From Cyanophora paradoxa CCMP329 (taxonomy: Eukaryota > Plantae > Glaucophyta), in contig QPMI01000093.1 of the NCBI GenBank assembly GCA_004431415.1, positions 124,001 through 188,000 on the forward strand: a stretch of 64,000 bases of DNA, given 5' to 3'. Made by a program: the position numbers and the translations under genes. The notes beneath the pieces are model-generated. The model had not been told where the DNA came from and did not search any database. It worked only from the letters and a program-made list of their open reading frames with translations. Positions 61,099-64,000 of this stretch are shown here, in pieces (positions within the stretch are counted from its first letter, which is position 1; every line of letters begins with the position of its first letter).

Positions 61099-63619
61099 AT
61101 GAGCAAGCGCCGCGCAGGAGCGAAGGCTGCCGCGCCGGAGCCTCCGAAGCTGCTGGAGGATGAGGACGCACCGCTCGATCTGCCGCCGGATTCGGACGAG
61201 GAGCAGGAGGCCGCCGGCAGCGCCAGCAGCGGCGAGGCTGGAGACCTAGCGGACTTCGAGGACGAGAGCGGCGATGAGGCGGGCGATGAGGAGGCGGATG
61301 CGGGCTCTTCCGCATCCGAAGAGGTCTCCGGCGACGAAGAAGAGGAGGGCGAGAGCGACGACGAAGACGGCGATAGCGACGAGGCCGACGAGCGCGACAG
61401 CTTGGAGGACGGCTCGGACGAGGGGGATGAGGCGGGAGGCTCAACAGTCGCGTACACGTCAGGATCGGATGCGGCACGCGCGCGGCGAGGCAAGCCCGAG
61501 CGCTCCGCGGGGGCGGCCTCCTCGTCGGCGGAGCCGGCGGCGGCGGGGGAGGAGAGCGACTCGTCTGGAGACGAGGCGAGCCTCCAGCGCACGCCCCGCG
61601 CGCCGCGCGGGCCCTCACGGCGCGGGGCGGGGCGGCGCGGCGCGCAGGGCCCCAAGAACCGCGTGGGCAAGATTCCGATGAAGTGGTACGAGGAGATGCC
61701 TCACATCGGCTACGATGTGGAGGGAAAGAAGGCGCGCGCTTCCAATGCTGCACTGGGCCCCTCCCAGCTAGCGCTCGCGCGCTCGCCCTGCCGACTGGCC
61801 CGCCCCATGACCCGAGCGCCCGCGCCTGGCCCCGCAGATCATGAAGAAGGGAAAGAAGAAGAACGCTCTGGACAAGCTCATCGACCCGAACGCATGGCGC
61901 GCGCCTCGCCCGGCCCGCCGCGCCCCGCGGCGTATCCGATCGAAACTGATCTTAGCTGCGCAGGCGAACGATCTACGACGAGGTGAACGACGAGGAGATC
62001 GTTCTCTCGAAGAAGGAGATCGAAACGATCATGCGCCTCCGGAGGAACGAGTACCCCGACGCCGACTTCGACCCCTACCTGGTACCCCCGCCCCCGCCTC
62101 GCCCCGCCCTGCCCCGCCCTAACTGCAGCGGGCAGCCTATGCTGGACACGCCGTACGAGGACGGTATCCACCCCCTCTCCAGCGTACCTGAGCCCAAGCG
62201 CCGCTTCATCCCCTCCAAGTGGGAGGCCAAGAAGGCGCGTACCCCCCTCTCCTCCCGACACGTGTACCCCCCTGACCATTCATCCCCCGTCCCCAACAGA
62301 TCGTCAAGATGGTGCGGGCGATCCGGAACGGGTGCGCCTCGCTCCTCCCTCCCCCTCCCTCTCATCCCCCCCTTTTTTCTAAAATCGCTCTACCCCCCCA
62401 GGTGGGTCAAGGAGGCGCAGGAGCGGGAGGCGGCGCGGAAGAAGCCGGAGAGCTACATGCTCTGGGACGACTCCGAGCAGGCCCGCTTTTCCCCTTTCCT
62501 CTACCCCCCCTTTCCTCCTCTACGCCCCCTTCTTCCTCCGGGCCGCTGCCATTCGTCTATGGCTCTCTGTGCTCAGTCTCTGCCTGCCTGCCCCGCGCCT
62601 TCCTCCCTCCTCTCCTCCCTACCCTCCCTCCGCCCCGGCATCTTCTGACCTTCCCCCGCCCCCCCCCCCCCCCCCCCCCCCCCCTCCCACTCGCAGATGC
62701 CGGACAAGCTTGCGCAGCGCATGGCGCAGCACATCCCCGCCCCCAAGCCCAAGCTCCCCGGTCCGTGCCGTACCCCCGCTCTCCATCATCGCGTACCCCC
62801 GCTGCCCCCACTTTTTCTTCTCCTCACGCCGGGGCAGGGCACGCCGAGTCGTACAACCCGCCCGAGGAGTACATTCCCACGCCCGAGGAGCTGGTCCGGA
62901 CGCCCCCCTTTCCCTGTCCCGCCCAGAGCTTCCCGGCTTTCTTAGCTTAAGCCTTTCTTTGCTTCTAGTCGGATTCTCCTAGCTTCCCAAGCTCTGCAAG
63001 CTTCTAAGCTTATAAACTTCTAAGCTTATAAGCTTCTAAGCTTCTAAGCTTATAAAGCTTATAAGCTTCTAAGCTTCTAAGCTTATAAGCCTTCCAGGCT
63101 TTCTCCTAGCTCGAGCTTCCCGGCGCCCTGCGCTTCTCACCGGCCCGCCTCCTAGTCTGTCCGTCCGTCTGTAGCCCCGCCGTCTCACCTGAGCCGTCTC
63201 CTCCCCCCCCCCCCAGGCGGAGTGGGAGAAGATGGACCCGGAGGACCGGCCGTACAACTTCGTGCCTCGCAAGCACACTTCCATGCGCGCCGTGGGCGCC
63301 TACAAGGTCGGCGCCTCCGGCAGGCTTAGAAGCTTAGAAGCTTAGCAAGCAGCGCCAAGGTCCCCAAGCTTGAAGCTTAGAAAGCCTGGGAAGCTTAGGG
63401 CGCCTACAAGGTCAGCGAGCGCGGCCGGGCGCGCCTGGCGCCCTGTGACAGCCAGCCAGAGAGCAAGTGCCTTGGCTTGGAGCAGCACACGCTTTAGAGT
63501 CTGGCGTTTAGAGCAGCCTGCCGGCCATTCCCTCTCTCCGCACCAGGGAGCAGCCTGCGCTTCGAGCGGCGCGCCTAGCCTCTTCTCCTGGCGCCCCTCG
63601 CGGCCGGCCGCTCCTCCTC

Positions 63620-63650
<31 letters not shown>

Positions 63651-63921
63651 CCCTGGCTGGGGCCTTGCCCCGCCCGCCCGCCTCCCCCGCCCGCTTCGGC
63701 GCCCTCGCCTAATCGCTTAGCGCTCTCCGTCGCCCGCCTCTCTCTTACCCCGCGGCCTTGGCTGAAAACGACCTCCTCTCTCCCGCCCGCATCTCTTACC
63801 TTCGGTCTCGGCCCTGGCTGACCGGCTTTCTCTTCCCCGCCCGCCTCGGCAGGACTTCATCAAGGAGCGCTTCGAGCGGTGCCTCGACCTCTACCTCTGC
63901 CCCCGCGTCCGCCGCAACCGC
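61099..63921 (+). CDS. BOP1: Ribosome biogenesis protein BOP1/ERB1 (5' part; continues past the window end)
   Basis: Acidic N-terminus; [110 protein letters not shown]. Confidence 0.97.
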
Positions 63922-64000
63922 GTGCGCCCGCCCCGCCCCCCCCCCCCCGCCGAGCCGAGCCGAGACGAGCCGAGCCTCCCCGCCCCGCCCCTCCTTCCTT

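Larger units (their letters stand above)
45089..61180. repeat. Tandem segmental duplication: unit A 45089-53378 (8290 bp), unit B 53379-61170 (7792 bp)
   Basis: Collinear ELP4, orphan gene, ZnT9 and BOP1 start in both units. The 10-mer CCGCTCGATC lies at 45089, 53379 (junction) and 61171. Confidence 0.95.

Noticed and set aside
17950-63650. Long poly-C/poly-G runs as functional G-quadruplex elements
   Set aside because: They are a general intron feature here, run lengths are error-prone, and there is no specific evidence of function.
1-64000. tRNA, rRNA or snRNA genes
   Set aside because: None recognised by eye; tRNAscan-SE or Infernal would be needed to exclude them.

Overview
This is eukaryotic nuclear DNA from an intron-dense, GC-rich genome, probably a protist or alga. 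Introns are mostly 60-100 nt, with frequent GC-AG donors and some AAG acceptors; the organism cannot be named from the sequence alone. The ORF track is largely misleading because the genes are split, so all gene models here were spliced by hand and exon boundaries are provisional. The left two-thirds carry three large plus-strand membrane-protein genes. (1) 590-9725: a type-II membrane protein with two N-terminal TIR domains (both keep the catalytic-position Glu), a helical linker like that of bacterial TIR-TM proteins interrupted by phase-0 'CFKSPM' exon repeats, one TM helix and a long glycosylated ectodomain. (2) 13021-23293: a polycystin-2/TRPP channel whose cytosolic tail ends in two ryanodine-receptor (RyR) repeats, a PKDRR-like architecture I know only from oomycetes. 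(3) 28965-42074: a giant signal-peptide, Cys-rich (GCC2/GCC3-type) repeat protein with a 1231-bp internal tandem duplication and a three-TM C-terminus. Between them lie a GC-rich satellite, two poly(A)-tailed retro-insertions with exact target-site duplications, and a hAT-like non-autonomous element. The right third is a tandem segmental duplication of about 8 kb (ELP4, an orphan gene, an SLC30A9/ZnT9-like gene, the BOP1 5' end) joined at a 10-bp microhomology. It leaves one intact-looking and one broken copy each of ELP4 and ZnT9, followed by BOP1/ERB1, which runs off the window. Comparing paralogous copies shows a recurrent process that inserts 6-bp palindromes.
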